DNA of 64,000 nt from contig PSPG01000008.1 in the NCBI GenBank assembly GCA_003193925.1, positions 73,848-137,847 on the forward strand, read 5' to 3'. Shown here one piece after another: positions 20,233 to 29,987 of this stretch; within the stretch, counting starts at the first letter, position 1, and each line of letters starts with the position of its first letter. The notes under the pieces were generated by a model. The model ran no database searches, had not been told where the DNA came from, and was given only the letters and a program-made list of their open reading frames with translations. Origin of the DNA: Candidatus Thalassarchaeum betae. GTDB taxonomy: Archaea; Thermoplasmatota; Poseidoniia; Poseidoniales; Thalassarchaeaceae. Position numbers and translations under genes: made by a program.

Positions 20233-20718
20233 CTAGATTCGCTCGACACTGACGATTTGCTGTGGGTCATAGGGCCGGTCACCTGGCTTGATGTCGCAAT
20301 TCTCGATTCGGTACACGTTCTCCATACCCTCGATGACCTCTCCGAAGACTGCGTGGTTGCCATCGAGCCACGGTGTGGGCACGGTGGTGAGGAAGAACTG
20401 CGAGCCGCCGGTGTTGCGGCCCGCGTTGGCCATCGAGAACAGCCCGGGACGGTCGTGTCGCTTGGCGAGGGCTGAGGGCTCGCACGGAATCTTCCACCCA
20501 GGCCCCCCAGTACCAGCGGCTCGGCTGTCCGGGTCCCTCGAGCGCGGGCAGCCTCCTTGGATCATGAAATCCTTGATGACGCGGTGGAAGTGCTGGCCAT
20601 TGTAGAACCCGGCATCGACGAGCTTGAGGAAGTTCCCCGTGGTCTCCGGGCAGTCCTCGGTGTACAGTGCGATCAGTATCTCTCCGGCGCTGGTTGTCAT
20701 CTTGACTACAGTAGGCAT
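20233..20718 (-). CDS. Cyclophilin-type peptidyl-prolyl isomerase
   Basis: FHRVIKDFMIQGG, SMANAG, GSQFF, WLDGNHAVFG. Confidence 0.95.
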   Translation of the reverse strand: MPTVVKMTTSAGEILIALYTEDCPETTGNFLKLVDAGFYNGQHFHRVIKDFMIQGGCPRSRDPDSRAAGTGGPGWKIPCEPSALAKRHDRPGLFSMANAGRNTGGSQFFLTTVPTPWLDGNHAVFGEVIEGMENVYRIENCDIKPGDRPYDPQQIVSVERI

Positions 20719-20797
20719 GGACTCGGGAACGCTCACAGGCACAAGAGCATATGTGTGTCGCCCTAACCCTAATGATGGTGTCCGGAACTGGCCCAAT

Positions 20798-21967
20798 GTG
20801 AGTACCCTTAGCGACTACGACTGCCCCAAGTGCTCGACGAAACTCAGGGTGGAGTCAGCCGAGGAAGTAGATGGCGTCGACTTGCTGGTCTGCATCAAGT
20901 GCTGGGGCCTCGCAGTACAGGCCAAGACGATGCAAGGAATCGTTCCTGACGAAGTACGGGAGAAAATCGAGAACGCGGGGTTCAAGCACCCAGAGGGGCG
21001 CAGCTGCCCGGTTTGCCCCTCTACGATGATGGAAATAGCAGTGCCCAAACCATTCGGATCAGAGGACCGAGCGAGCGAGCACGATGTGAAGATAGACATC
21101 TGCGGGGACTGCGCCACCATCTGGTTCGATGCAGGCGAGCTCGACACCCTGAACGGCATCAAGCCGAAGCTGCGTAAGGTGGAGATGGAGGATAGCGCTG
21201 ACAAGATAACGGCGGTTGTCGACGACTCGAGTTCCTCAGTGAAGTCGAGGAGGGTCGCGGGGATTTTCCTAGCATCACTCGGGTTGATGTTGCTGGGTGC
21301 AGGTTCGGGTGCCTGCTGGTCCATCACATCACTTCTGGTGATCCTGGGAGGCGGGATCCTTGCCATTACCGTGGCCCCGGAGACCGGACTTGAGAAGGGG
21401 GCCTGCAGCCGCTGCGGCCTCGAGGACGAGACGATTGGTTGGACTTGCCAGAGGGCGGGGTGCGAGGCTCCCATCTGCACCACATGCAGGTCGGCGGGTC
21501 AAGATCCGGCCGCGCAATACGTGAAGACCCTAGGTGGCGGTGCGTTGATGGTGGCGGGAGTCGTGCTTGGTATCGGTCTCCTCGTCGTCACTGAAGGGGC
21601 TGTGGCTGAAGGATTCCTCCCGGCAGCAGCCGGTTACGAATTGATTTCAGACGATGAGGAGGAAGGTCTGCTAGTCTGCAAGGAATGCAAAAAGGAGATG
21701 GGTGCCCTTCAGTTCGCCGATTCCGATGCTCGCACAGAAAGAAAGGAATGGACTGAGAAGGAAAAGAAGACGGCGGCAGGGGGGCCTTGGGATGTTGTCG
21801 ATTCTTTCGCCGAGGGGGTGAAGGATGCGGAGTCAAAGAGTGCTCAGCGCGAAGAGTACCTGAAATCGCAGACCCACTGCCTACACATTGACGGGAAGAC
21901 TGTCAAAAGGTGCCGCAGGATGGTTTTTCGCAAGTCAGGCTACTGCTACAGACACCAACGGGAGTGA
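20798..21967 (+). CDS. Multi-zinc-finger membrane protein (two zf-TFIIB-like ribbons)
   Basis: CPKC/CIKC, CPVC/CGDC-IWFDAGEL, hydrophobic segments, C-terminal C..C..CYRH; GTG start inferred. Confidence 0.75.
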   Translation: MSTLSDYDCPKCSTKLRVESAEEVDGVDLLVCIKCWGLAVQAKTMQGIVPDEVREKIENAGFKHPEGRSCPVCPSTMMEIAVPKPFGSEDRASEHDVKIDICGDCATIWFDAGELDTLNGIKPKLRKVEMEDSADKITAVVDDSSSSVKSRRVAGIFLASLGLMLLGAGSGACWSITSLLVILGGGILAITVAPETGLEKGACSRCGLEDETIGWTCQRAGCEAPICTTCRSAGQDPAAQYVKTLGGGALMVAGVVLGIGLLVVTEGAVAEGFLPAAAGYELISDDEEEGLLVCKECKKEMGALQFADSDARTERKEWTEKEKKTAAGGPWDVVDSFAEGVKDAESKSAQREEYLKSQTHCLHIDGKTVKRCRRMVFRKSGYCYRHQRE

Positions 21968-21971
21968 TTGA

Positions 21972-22853
21972 ATGGCAAAGTGCAAGGGCATAGATGAGAA
22001 TGGAGAGGTTTGTGGGCGCCCCGCCATGTACAATTCCGATTACTGCAAGAATCACAGGACTCAGGACCCAACTGTGAGTATCTGCATGGGCAAGAACCCC
22101 GCTGGCAAACCCTGCTCTAGGATGGCGTTGGAGGGCCTTCTATTCTGCAGGCAGCACAGGACCCAGATAGCTGATATCGAAAAGCTCCAATGCCCCCGGG
22201 GATGCGGTCTGCTCAGTTACAGATGGGTAGACAACAAAGGCGGGTACTATGTTTGCAAAGAATGCAGGGGTGCAGTGCTAGATTCAAAGGCGATGGAGAC
22301 TAGGCTTTCGAAGCACGTTGAGGGTCTAAACGAGCTTCTTGAGAGTGGTGAGGAGTGCTCTCTGAAGTGCCCTAATTGCGAGGGTGTGATGCTAGAGTTC
22401 AGGGTTGCCTACGTAATCGAAAGAGGTGGTGGTGGAGGCATGCACTTAGGCGGTGGCGGTGGTGGTGGTGCAATAATTGCCGGTATCGTTGTACTCGCCA
22501 TAGTTGCAGCAGCTGCTGAAGCCTCAAAGAGGAAGTCCAAAGGTGAATATGAGCAGAATATAGGAGAAACCATGGTAGTCGATGGGTGTCGAGAGTGTGG
22601 GACATTCTGGTTCGATGGTGACGAATTGGGCATTGCACGAAACTCGTTAATCGAGGGCGCGAGTGCAGCGCATGTAGCCCGGATACAAGCAAATATTGCC
22701 GAGAAGAAGGCGTCCAAAGAGAGAATTCGATCGGCGGCTGGAACGGAGAATTGCATGCATGTTGAGAAGCGTGGGATGCCCCCGGCTTTGAAGAAGTGTA
22801 GAAGGGTCACTTATCGCGGCACTGAATACTGCTACATGCACCAGCCGGAGTGA
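21972..22853 (+). CDS. Multi-zinc-finger protein related to the upstream gene
   Basis: Two N-terminal C-x8-C-x9-C-x2-H units, zf-TFIIB-like CREC-GTFWFDGDEL, C-terminal CYMH. Confidence 0.75.
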   Translation: MAKCKGIDENGEVCGRPAMYNSDYCKNHRTQDPTVSICMGKNPAGKPCSRMALEGLLFCRQHRTQIADIEKLQCPRGCGLLSYRWVDNKGGYYVCKECRGAVLDSKAMETRLSKHVEGLNELLESGEECSLKCPNCEGVMLEFRVAYVIERGGGGGMHLGGGGGGGAIIAGIVVLAIVAAAAEASKRKSKGEYEQNIGETMVVDGCRECGTFWFDGDELGIARNSLIEGASAAHVARIQANIAEKKASKERIRSAAGTENCMHVEKRGMPPALKKCRRVTYRGTEYCYMHQPE

Positions 22854-23252
22854 TCAGGCGACCATGGAGCCGGGCAGTACGCCTTCGGGCAGCTCGAGCA
22901 GGCGCACCGTGCCGTCGGGGTCGATCGCACCGAGCACGAGGAACTGCGAGACGAAGCCGCTTGGCAGGGTCTTGTCGCCGAGGTTGAGCGCGCCCACCAC
23001 AGTGCGGCCCATCAGCTGGGCGCGCGAGTAGTTGGTTATCTGGGCCGAGCTCCACAATTTCCCCATCACCGGCCCGAAGTCGACGTGGAACTTGTACGAC
23101 GGCTTGCGCATCTCGGGGAACTCCTCGACCTCGATGACCACTCCCGCACGCAGGTCCAGCTCGAAGTACGCTGCCGCGCCCACGTACTCCTTCCTGTCGA
23201 TCTTCTCGGGGTGGTAGGGCTCGCCAGTGGGGTCGATCTCGTGCTGGCTCAC
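22854..23252 (-). CDS. csaA: tRNA-binding/secretion chaperone CsaA
   Basis: LDLRAG, FPEMRKPSYK, VDFGP, SSAQIT, SQFLVLG. Confidence 0.88.
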   Translation of the reverse strand: MSQHEIDPTGEPYHPEKIDRKEYVGAAAYFELDLRAGVVIEVEEFPEMRKPSYKFHVDFGPVMGKLWSSAQITNYSRAQLMGRTVVGALNLGDKTLPSGFVSQFLVLGAIDPDGTVRLLELPEGVLPGSMVA

Positions 23253-23840
23253 TCACTCACCCGCCACGTCCGACCTCAGCAGCAGCGGCCTGAGCTCGAT
23301 GCCGGCCTCGGCGAAGGCCTGCGCCCCGCCCTCCTCGCGGTCGAGTATGGTGATGCAGGCCGCGACCTCGCAACCCATCTCGGTGAGTCTGGCAGCAGCC
23401 TGCAGCGCCGAGTTGCCGGTAGTGGTGACGTCCTCGAGCAGCACCACCCTGTCGCCGGCAGCGAGGCTCGAGCCCTCGATTCCCGGCGGGTTGCCGGTCT
23501 TGCGCCCGCCGCGCCCCTTGGGCTCCTTTCGTACTAGGAATCCTCGCAGGCTCGAGCCTATGCGAGCCTTGGCGATGGCGATGCCTGTGAGTGGCACCGC
23601 GCCGAGTTCGAGGCCACCGACCGCATCCACGCCACCGATATCGTCGATCTCGGCGTGGATGAGCACGCCCAGCAGGTGGGCAGAGTCGGGGTCCATCATG
23701 ACCGGCTTCATGTCGAAGAAGTGGGCGCTCTGACGGCCGCTGGCGAGAGTGAACGGCTCATCGGGGGAATGCAGATAGGCCAAGTCACGGACCTTGCCGA
23801 CGAGCCTCGACCTCGCTTCATCCGCAGTGGTTGACGCCAT
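23253..23840 (-). CDS. pyrE: Orotate phosphoribosyltransferase
   Basis: FTLASGRQS, VRKEPK, LLEDVTTTGNS, DREEG. Confidence 0.93.
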   Translation of the reverse strand: MASTTADEARSRLVGKVRDLAYLHSPDEPFTLASGRQSAHFFDMKPVMMDPDSAHLLGVLIHAEIDDIGGVDAVGGLELGAVPLTGIAIAKARIGSSLRGFLVRKEPKGRGGRKTGNPPGIEGSSLAAGDRVVLLEDVTTTGNSALQAAARLTEMGCEVAACITILDREEGGAQAFAEAGIELRPLLLRSDVAGE

Positions 23841-23977
23841 CTTCCTCCTTCACTTCGGCTCAGTGGGGGTCGGATGAAGGTTCGCACTGCGAACAGCCCG
23901 ATTGGCAGTCATTACGGTGAATGTTCTTGGACGGCCTCTTTCAGTGTCAGGATGCTCGACAGCGGAGCGTGTGCGAG

Positions 23978-26900
23978 ATGGGCGGAGATAAGCGGCAGAT
24001 GGCGGTATACGACGAGGCTCGCCTTAGCGCTGAGCGCGAGGCTTACCAGAGCTGGTTGGACCGGCGCGCCGAAGAGGTCTACCGGATTGCTGCGGCGGCT
24101 AAGGCCAAGGGCCTTGACTTCTCGGACGAGATCGAGATTCCTCGCGCCGCTGACCTAGCCAGTCGCACTCAGAAGCTGCTCGAGGCAGATTACCTGCATG
24201 GACTGAACATAGAGGACGACCTGCGCAACCTGCTCAATACCTCCGAGCGCGAGGACGCGGCGATCGAGATCGCCCTCGATGTCGCAAGGAGGATGCACGC
24301 GAAGACCAGCGATATCGAGAAGGCCATCGACTCGGGTCTGAGGGTCGGCCTCGCGGTGCTGACCGAGGCGGTGCTGGTAGCACCGCTCGAAGGCATCGGC
24401 GGAGTCCGAATCATGAACAACGCCGACGGCTCGGAGTTCCTCTCGATCGACTACGCCGGACCGATCCGAGCGGCCGGCGGGACCGCCCAGGCGCTCGGCG
24501 TGCTGATCGGCGACATGATCCGCACGGAGCTAGGCATCGGCAGGTACGTTCCCACGACTCCAGAGGTAGAGCGAGTCAAGGAGGAGTTCGGCCTCTACAG
24601 GGTCAGTCTGCAGTACAAGCCACCTCCCGAGGAGATCGAAGTCATCGTGAGGGCCTGCCCCGTGATGATCAACGGCGAGGAGACCGAGCGCCTGGAGTGC
24701 GCGGGCTACAAGGAGGTCCGCAACATCATCAACTCGAACGGCTCGCCGCGAACCAGGATACGCGGCGGCGTCTTGCTGGTAATCGGCGAGGGGCTGTGCC
24801 TCAAGGCACCGAAGATCCTCAGGCACACCGAGAGGCTCGATGTACCCGGCTGGGACTTCGTAGCCCAGTTCGTCGGCAAGGGCAAGGGCAACGACGAAGG
24901 CGAAGATGGGCTCAAGAAGAGGGAGATTTCCAAGGTCACCCGCTACATGGAGGACATCATCGCCGGCAGGCCCGTCTTCGGCGAGCCGGGAGAGCCGGGC
25001 GGGTTCAGACTGAGGTACGGCAGGAGCCGCGCCTCTGGGCTGGCCGCAGCAGGAGTGAACCCGGTCTCGATGGAAGCCCTAGGGGGATTCCTGTCGGTTG
25101 GCACTCAGATGAAGGTCGAGAGACCGGGCAAGGCCTGCGCGGTGACGCCCTGCATCGACATCGACGGGCCAACTGTGCTGCTTGAGGACGGGACCTTCCA
25201 GAGGATCTTCACCATCGAGGAGTGGCGCGAGTGCTCGCACAGGGTGCTCAGCATCTGGGACTCGGGTGAGATCCTCTCCGGCTTCGGCGAGTTCCTCGAG
25301 AATAACAAGGACCTCGTTCCATCGGCCTACAACCGTGACTGGTGGGCGGCCGACCTAGCCGACGCGCTGGACCACCCTGAGAAGGTCGACAGATTCGCCG
25401 AGCTGCTCGGAGCCAGCCGGGAGAGCCTGCCCCCCGGCATCCCGTTCAACGGTGCCATAGAGAGAGGCGGGGAGAGCGCGCTCGAGCGCAACTGGCGGCG
25501 GCGTGACTGGTACCTGTGCCTGCGCGACATGGAGCTGGACTGGGAGCAGGCGCGTGCGCTGGCTCAGGAGTTCGGGACCGCCGTCCCGACGCCGTGGAAC
25601 CTGTGGTGGTCCGACATGCCGATATCATTCGCGCCCGCTGTCATCGAGGCACTGGTAGCCTCTACTGTCGAAGAGGGGAGGGTCCGTCTGCACGGAGCCG
25701 CCCGGGATTGGGCTCCTGAGACCCACATCGAGGACATCGGCCTGCCGGCACCTTCGACGGGAGTGTGGCCGCGCTGGACCGAGGTCCACAGCCATGGCAT
25801 CCTCAAGTCAGCCCTGATGACTCTGGGCGTCGAGCACCACCACGAAGGCGAGGACATGGTGATCCCCACCCACTGGGAGGGCTTGGTAGAGGGACTCGGT
25901 CTGGAGTTCCATGACAACGCAATCCGCGTCGCCACCGAGGCTGGCCCGCACATCGAGGACAGAGTGAGTAGGATTCGAGCGGCCACCGACGTAATCGCTC
26001 AGGAGAAGGCTCGTCAGGAGGAGTTGGAGGGGCGCCGCGCTGTGGTCAGGATGAAGACCGAGACCGCCGCCAGGCAGGAAGGACTCGGCATCCAGGAGAC
26101 CGAAGCGGCTGGGAGAGAGGCCGTGGAGGAGATCGAGGACCCTGGTCCGGACGACCCCGCAGCCCTGCGGGCTGCACTCACACTGATAGACGAACACAGC
26201 GTCGAGCGCTCGCTGTGGCTGGCAAGACGGCTGTCCGACCTGCGTTGGGAGGACTCCGCGCCGTGCAGAGTCGGGTCCCGGATGGGCAGGCCCGAGAAGG
26301 CCGGTGCCCGTCAGATGAAGCCGTTGGTGCACGCTCTGTACCCCATCGGGGAGAACGGTGGGCCCCAGCGTCTGCTGGGACAGGCCGCCAGCAAGGGGAT
26401 AATCCGCGTCGATATGGGGCCAAGAATCTGCGACAAGTGCGGAAGGGACTCGCCGCACCTCAGGTGCCACAACCGTCTGACTGCAGGTGAGGCCGTAGAG
26501 TGCGGAGGCAGGACGCGAGTGAAGAAGCGTCGCGGTGGCCACATGAGGCGCAGATTGGGCCTGCGTACGAGCGTCCCGCTCGCTGAGATTATCGAAGTCA
26601 AGAGGCGCGCGCTCGGGCTGGACAGGATACCCGTCAGGATCAAGGCTGTCAAAGGACTGATCTCCATCGGACAGACGCCCGAACCGATAGAGAAGGGGAT
26701 CCTGCGCGCCAAGCACGGTATCTCGGTGTTCCGCGACGGGACCTCGCGCTACGACATGAGCGATGTCCCGATGACTCACTTCAGACCGAGCGAGATAGGG
26801 ACCCCCTGGAAGACGCTGCTCGATCTGGGCTACAAGCACGACATCTTCGGAGAGGAGCTATCCTCAGACGAGCAACTGCTGGAGCTGCTACCCCAGGACT

Positions 26901-27952
26901 TCGTCCCATCGATCGCTGCGAAAGGGCAACTGCTCGCCGTCTGTGGCTTCGTCGACGACCTGCTGGTTCGTTTCTATGGGATGCAGGCATTCTACGAGGT
27001 CGGCGACGAGAGGGATCTAATCGGCCACCTCGCGATTGGTCTCTCGCCCCACACATCTGGAGGGGTGCTCTGCAGAATCATCGGGTGGACCACTGCCTCC
27101 GCTGGCTACGCCCACCCTCTGTTCCACGCCGCCAAGCGCCGCAACTGCGACGGCGACGAGGACGGTCTGATGATGCTGCTCGACGGTCTGCTCAACTTCT
27201 CCAAGTCAATCCTGCCCGCGGGGCGCGGCGGCCAGATGGACGCCCCGCTGGTTCTCAGCACACGAATCAATCCGAAGGAGATCGACAAGGAGGCGCTCAA
27301 CGTCGACTGCTCATGGGCCTACACGCGCGCCTTCTATGAGGCGACCAAGTCACAGCCGCACCCCAGCGAGGTCGAGCCCTTGGTCGACCTAGTCGCCGAC
27401 CGAGTCGGCTCGGTCGGCGAGATACGTGGTTACGGCTGGACGCACGACTCGGGCCGGCTGGACGCCGGCCCGGTGAACTCGGCCTACAAAACGCTCGAGA
27501 CAATGGAGGACAAGATGCTGGCGCAGTTGGCGCTAGGCCAGCAACTCAGAGCGGTCAGCGTGCAGCGCGTGGCCTCACAGGTCATCGAATCGCACTTCCT
27601 CCCCGACCTGCGCGGTAACCTGATGGCTTTCACGAGACAGAAGGTGCGCTGCGTGAAGTGCGCCCACTCCTATCGGAGGATCCCACTGGCGGGCAAGTGC
27701 ATACAGAACCTCGCGACATCCGGGGGGCTGTCCGGGGCGAGGGGTGACGAGAGTACTCTGTGCGGGGGCAATGTCGTTCTGACGGTCTCCGAAGGAGCCG
27801 TTCGCAAATACATCAAAATCACCCGCGAGGTCATCGAGAAATACGGCGTCGACACCTACACCAAGCAACGTGTGGAGTGGATGACCGACAGCGCCGACTC
27901 GCTGTTCAACGACGACACGGTCACCGTGATGACCCTGAACGACTTCGTCTAG
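23978..27952 (+). CDS. polC: DNA polymerase D large subunit DP2
   Basis: APLEGI, AGPIRAAGGTAQA, GGFRLRYGR, RMGRPEK, KRRNCDGDED, HFLPDLRGNL; start could be 23921, 23978 or 23999. Confidence 0.97.
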   Translation: MGGDKRQMAVYDEARLSAEREAYQSWLDRRAEEVYRIAAAAKAKGLDFSDEIEIPRAADLASRTQKLLEADYLHGLNIEDDLRNLLNTSEREDAAIEIALDVARRMHAKTSDIEKAIDSGLRVGLAVLTEAVLVAPLEGIGGVRIMNNADGSEFLSIDYAGPIRAAGGTAQALGVLIGDMIRTELGIGRYVPTTPEVERVKEEFGLYRVSLQYKPPPEEIEVIVRACPVMINGEETERLECAGYKEVRNIINSNGSPRTRIRGGVLLVIGEGLCLKAPKILRHTERLDVPGWDFVAQFVGKGKGNDEGEDGLKKREISKVTRYMEDIIAGRPVFGEPGEPGGFRLRYGRSRASGLAAAGVNPVSMEALGGFLSVGTQMKVERPGKACAVTPCIDIDGPTVLLEDGTFQRIFTIEEWRECSHRVLSIWDSGEILSGFGEFLENNKDLVPSAYNRDWWAADLADALDHPEKVDRFAELLGASRESLPPGIPFNGAIERGGESALERNWRRRDWYLCLRDMELDWEQARALAQEFGTAVPTPWNLWWSDMPISFAPAVIEALVASTVEEGRVRLHGAARDWAPETHIEDIGLPAPSTGVWPRWTEVHSHGILKSALMTLGVEHHHEGEDMVIPTHWEGLVEGLGLEFHDNAIRVATEAGPHIEDRVSRIRAATDVIAQEKARQEELEGRRAVVRMKTETAARQEGLGIQETEAAGREAVEEIEDPGPDDPAALRAALTLIDEHSVERSLWLARRLSDLRWEDSAPCRVGSRMGRPEKAGARQMKPLVHALYPIGENGGPQRLLGQAASKGIIRVDMGPRICDKCGRDSPHLRCHNRLTAGEAVECGGRTRVKKRRGGHMRRRLGLRTSVPLAEIIEVKRRALGLDRIPVRIKAVKGLISIGQTPEPIEKGILRAKHGISVFRDGTSRYDMSDVPMTHFRPSEIGTPWKTLLDLGYKHDIFGEELSSDEQLLELLPQDFVPSIAAKGQLLAVCGFVDDLLVRFYGMQAFYEVGDERDLIGHLAIGLSPHTSGGVLCRIIGWTTASAGYAHPLFHAAKRRNCDGDEDGLMMLLDGLLNFSKSILPAGRGGQMDAPLVLSTRINPKEIDKEALNVDCSWAYTRAFYEATKSQPHPSEVEPLVDLVADRVGSVGEIRGYGWTHDSGRLDAGPVNSAYKTLETMEDKMLAQLALGQQLRAVSVQRVASQVIESHFLPDLRGNLMAFTRQKVRCVKCAHSYRRIPLAGKCIQNLATSGGLSGARGDESTLCGGNVVLTVSEGAVRKYIKITREVIEKYGVDTYTKQRVEWMTDSADSLFNDDTVTVMTLNDFV

Positions 27953-28707
27953 TATTCCAGATCCAAGGTCCCTAGGACCTTGTCCATCCACTGCAGCTTA
28001 GCCAACTTGTTCTCCGCGTCAGTGGCGCCCGACCACCGCCCGACCGCGTCAGACCTCGTCCCAAGCATGGTAATCGACGCCGCAGGGACCCCCAGCGAGC
28101 GGACGAAACAAGCTGCACGGTCGCCGTCGGTGAAACCCCCTGGATTGTGCATGCCGGGAATCTCGCCCGGGGTCTGATGAGTCAGCACCAGTGGCGAGGG
28201 GGTTGAAGTCGAGGCTGCGAGTTCCAGCAGCGAGCCCCACTCGGGCACATTGTCGCCGTGAGCGTGCAGAATCACCGGTATTCCGCGCTTGACCGCGGCC
28301 GTGGTGCCGTCGCCGCCATCGCCGTCGCTGACGATGCAGGCCAAGCGTGACCAAGCGCGCTCTGCCGTCGAGTCGGGTAGCGTGGAGAGGACTCCCGCCG
28401 CGCCGTCGGCTGCGACCAGCAGCGCTGGGCGCTCAAGGACGCTAAGCAGGTCCTCGGCCTCCACCGCCGCTCCGAGAATCGCGACCTCGGCCTCCCTGAG
28501 GACGAGTCTGCGCCGCAGATTGGCCACAGAGGCCGCGCGCCGTGGCCGCGACCATGCCTCGACGAACGACTCCTCGACCGTCGCGAGCAGGGCCTCGGCG
28601 CTGCTCGCATCGGCGTCCAGCGCCCAACCGAAGTGGACGCGGACATCTGATTGGATGGCCACTAACGCGGCATCGACCGGAAGCAGGTCGGTCGGCCTGT
28701 CTATCAT
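27949..28707 (-). CDS. mptE: 6-hydroxymethylpterin pyrophosphokinase, MptE-like
   Basis: AADGA, HAHGDN, GGFTDGDRA, KLAKLQW. Confidence 0.8.
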   Translation of the reverse strand: MIDRPTDLLPVDAALVAIQSDVRVHFGWALDADASSAEALLATVEESFVEAWSRPRRAASVANLRRRLVLREAEVAILGAAVEAEDLLSVLERPALLVAADGAAGVLSTLPDSTAERAWSRLACIVSDGDGGDGTTAAVKRGIPVILHAHGDNVPEWGSLLELAASTSTPSPLVLTHQTPGEIPGMHNPGGFTDGDRAACFVRSLGVPAASITMLGTRSDAVGRWSGATDAENKLAKLQWMDKVLGTLDLEY

Positions 28708-28771
28708 GCGCTCGCTCCAGTGGAAGGACTCGGTGAGTGTTGAAGAACCCTCGCGGTCCACTGTGCTACCC

Positions 28772-29944
28772 ATGCCGATGCCTCTAGCGCTGCCGGACAT
28801 CGAGGACGAGGTCCTGCTGGCTCGCTACCCCTTCCTGCCTCAAGGCCGCGAACACATGCGCCAAGTTCTGGAGAGCAACGGAATCACCGTCGAGGACCTC
28901 ATCGAGGCGCCTTGGCTGGAGGACGTCCGAACCCGAGGCAGGCTGCGTCTGCTCGAGAGCGTGATGCACAAGGACGGCGCCGACATAGCGACCACCGTCG
29001 ACCTCTCGACCGAAGTCGGCCGGATGACCGAGGTCCTGTCGTTCCTGCACGCCATGCTCGTGGTGTGCGCCTCGTTCAACGAGAGGCTGCTGGCGCGCTG
29101 GATCGAGGGCGAGGCGACACGGGCTGACCAGCTGTTCGGCATGGACTCGGGCAACTTCGAGCTTCTTGCGCGCTCGTACTTCTCCGACATTAGGGAGCAG
29201 AGGAACGGCAGAGGGGACGATTCCGTGTTCTGGATACCGATGGCGGACTTCATCGAGCTGTGCCCTCGGATCTCCGGCACTTACTGGCACTTGGCGAACA
29301 GGCCGGTGAGGGGAGGCTGGGTGTGTATGAGCCCAGGCGCAGGGGAGAACAGCAGACAGCGTACTGCGAGGCTGCTGAAGGAGAGGATCCGCGAGAACCT
29401 CAGCGAATCCTGCGTCGAGCGCATGGACAAGATGAGCGAGGAGTTCGCCGCCCTGTTCGCAGATCCCGTCGAGCGCATCACCGGCCTGCTGTCTGAGCGC
29501 GTCGAAGCCGAGATGCCGATGACTGCCGCGGTGCGCGAGGACTGGCCGCCGTGCTTCGAGTCCGCCATCTCCGAGCTGAATCAGGGAGTCAATGTGAATC
29601 ACGTCGGACGGGTCTTCCTCGCGGCCTTCTCGAGGGCCATCGGCATGTCTCAGGAGCAAGCCTGCTCGTTCTTCGACAACGCTCCCGACTACAGCGCGGA
29701 CACGACCTCCTACCAAGTGAACCAGATCTACGAGCGGGGCTACACTCCGCACGGCTGCGCCGCGCTGAAGACGGGAGCGAGGTGTCCCGTCCAGCCCGGT
29801 GACGACAGGCTGTGCGACCAAGAGTGGATGACGCATCCACTGAAGTACCTCAGGGTGAAGCAGCGCAGCCGGTATCGGGAGGGCTCGCGACCCGAGGAGG
29901 AGCCTGAAGTCGAGTCGGACGAGCCCAAGGCGGCCAATTCTTGA
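28772..29944 (+). CDS. priL: DNA primase large subunit
   Basis: ARYPFLP, LANRPVRGGWV, WPPC, NHVGR, APDY, Fe-S cysteines, HPLKY. Confidence 0.9.
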   Translation: MPMPLALPDIEDEVLLARYPFLPQGREHMRQVLESNGITVEDLIEAPWLEDVRTRGRLRLLESVMHKDGADIATTVDLSTEVGRMTEVLSFLHAMLVVCASFNERLLARWIEGEATRADQLFGMDSGNFELLARSYFSDIREQRNGRGDDSVFWIPMADFIELCPRISGTYWHLANRPVRGGWVCMSPGAGENSRQRTARLLKERIRENLSESCVERMDKMSEEFAALFADPVERITGLLSERVEAEMPMTAAVREDWPPCFESAISELNQGVNVNHVGRVFLAAFSRAIGMSQEQACSFFDNAPDYSADTTSYQVNQIYERGYTPHGCAALKTGARCPVQPGDDRLCDQEWMTHPLKYLRVKQRSRYREGSRPEEEPEVESDEPKAANS

Positions 29945-29987
29945 TATGGGCCTGCATCCTATCGCGGTTCACATCGGATGAATAGGC

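Noticed and set aside
25808-26839. Long antisense ORFs (also 28784-29836, 56060-57100 and others)
   Set aside because: Shadow frames of well-supported high-GC genes, with no motifs of their own.
27120-27170. Intein in PolD DP2
   Set aside because: The usual insertion site KRRN/CDGDED is contiguous; the extra length comes from non-intein insertions.
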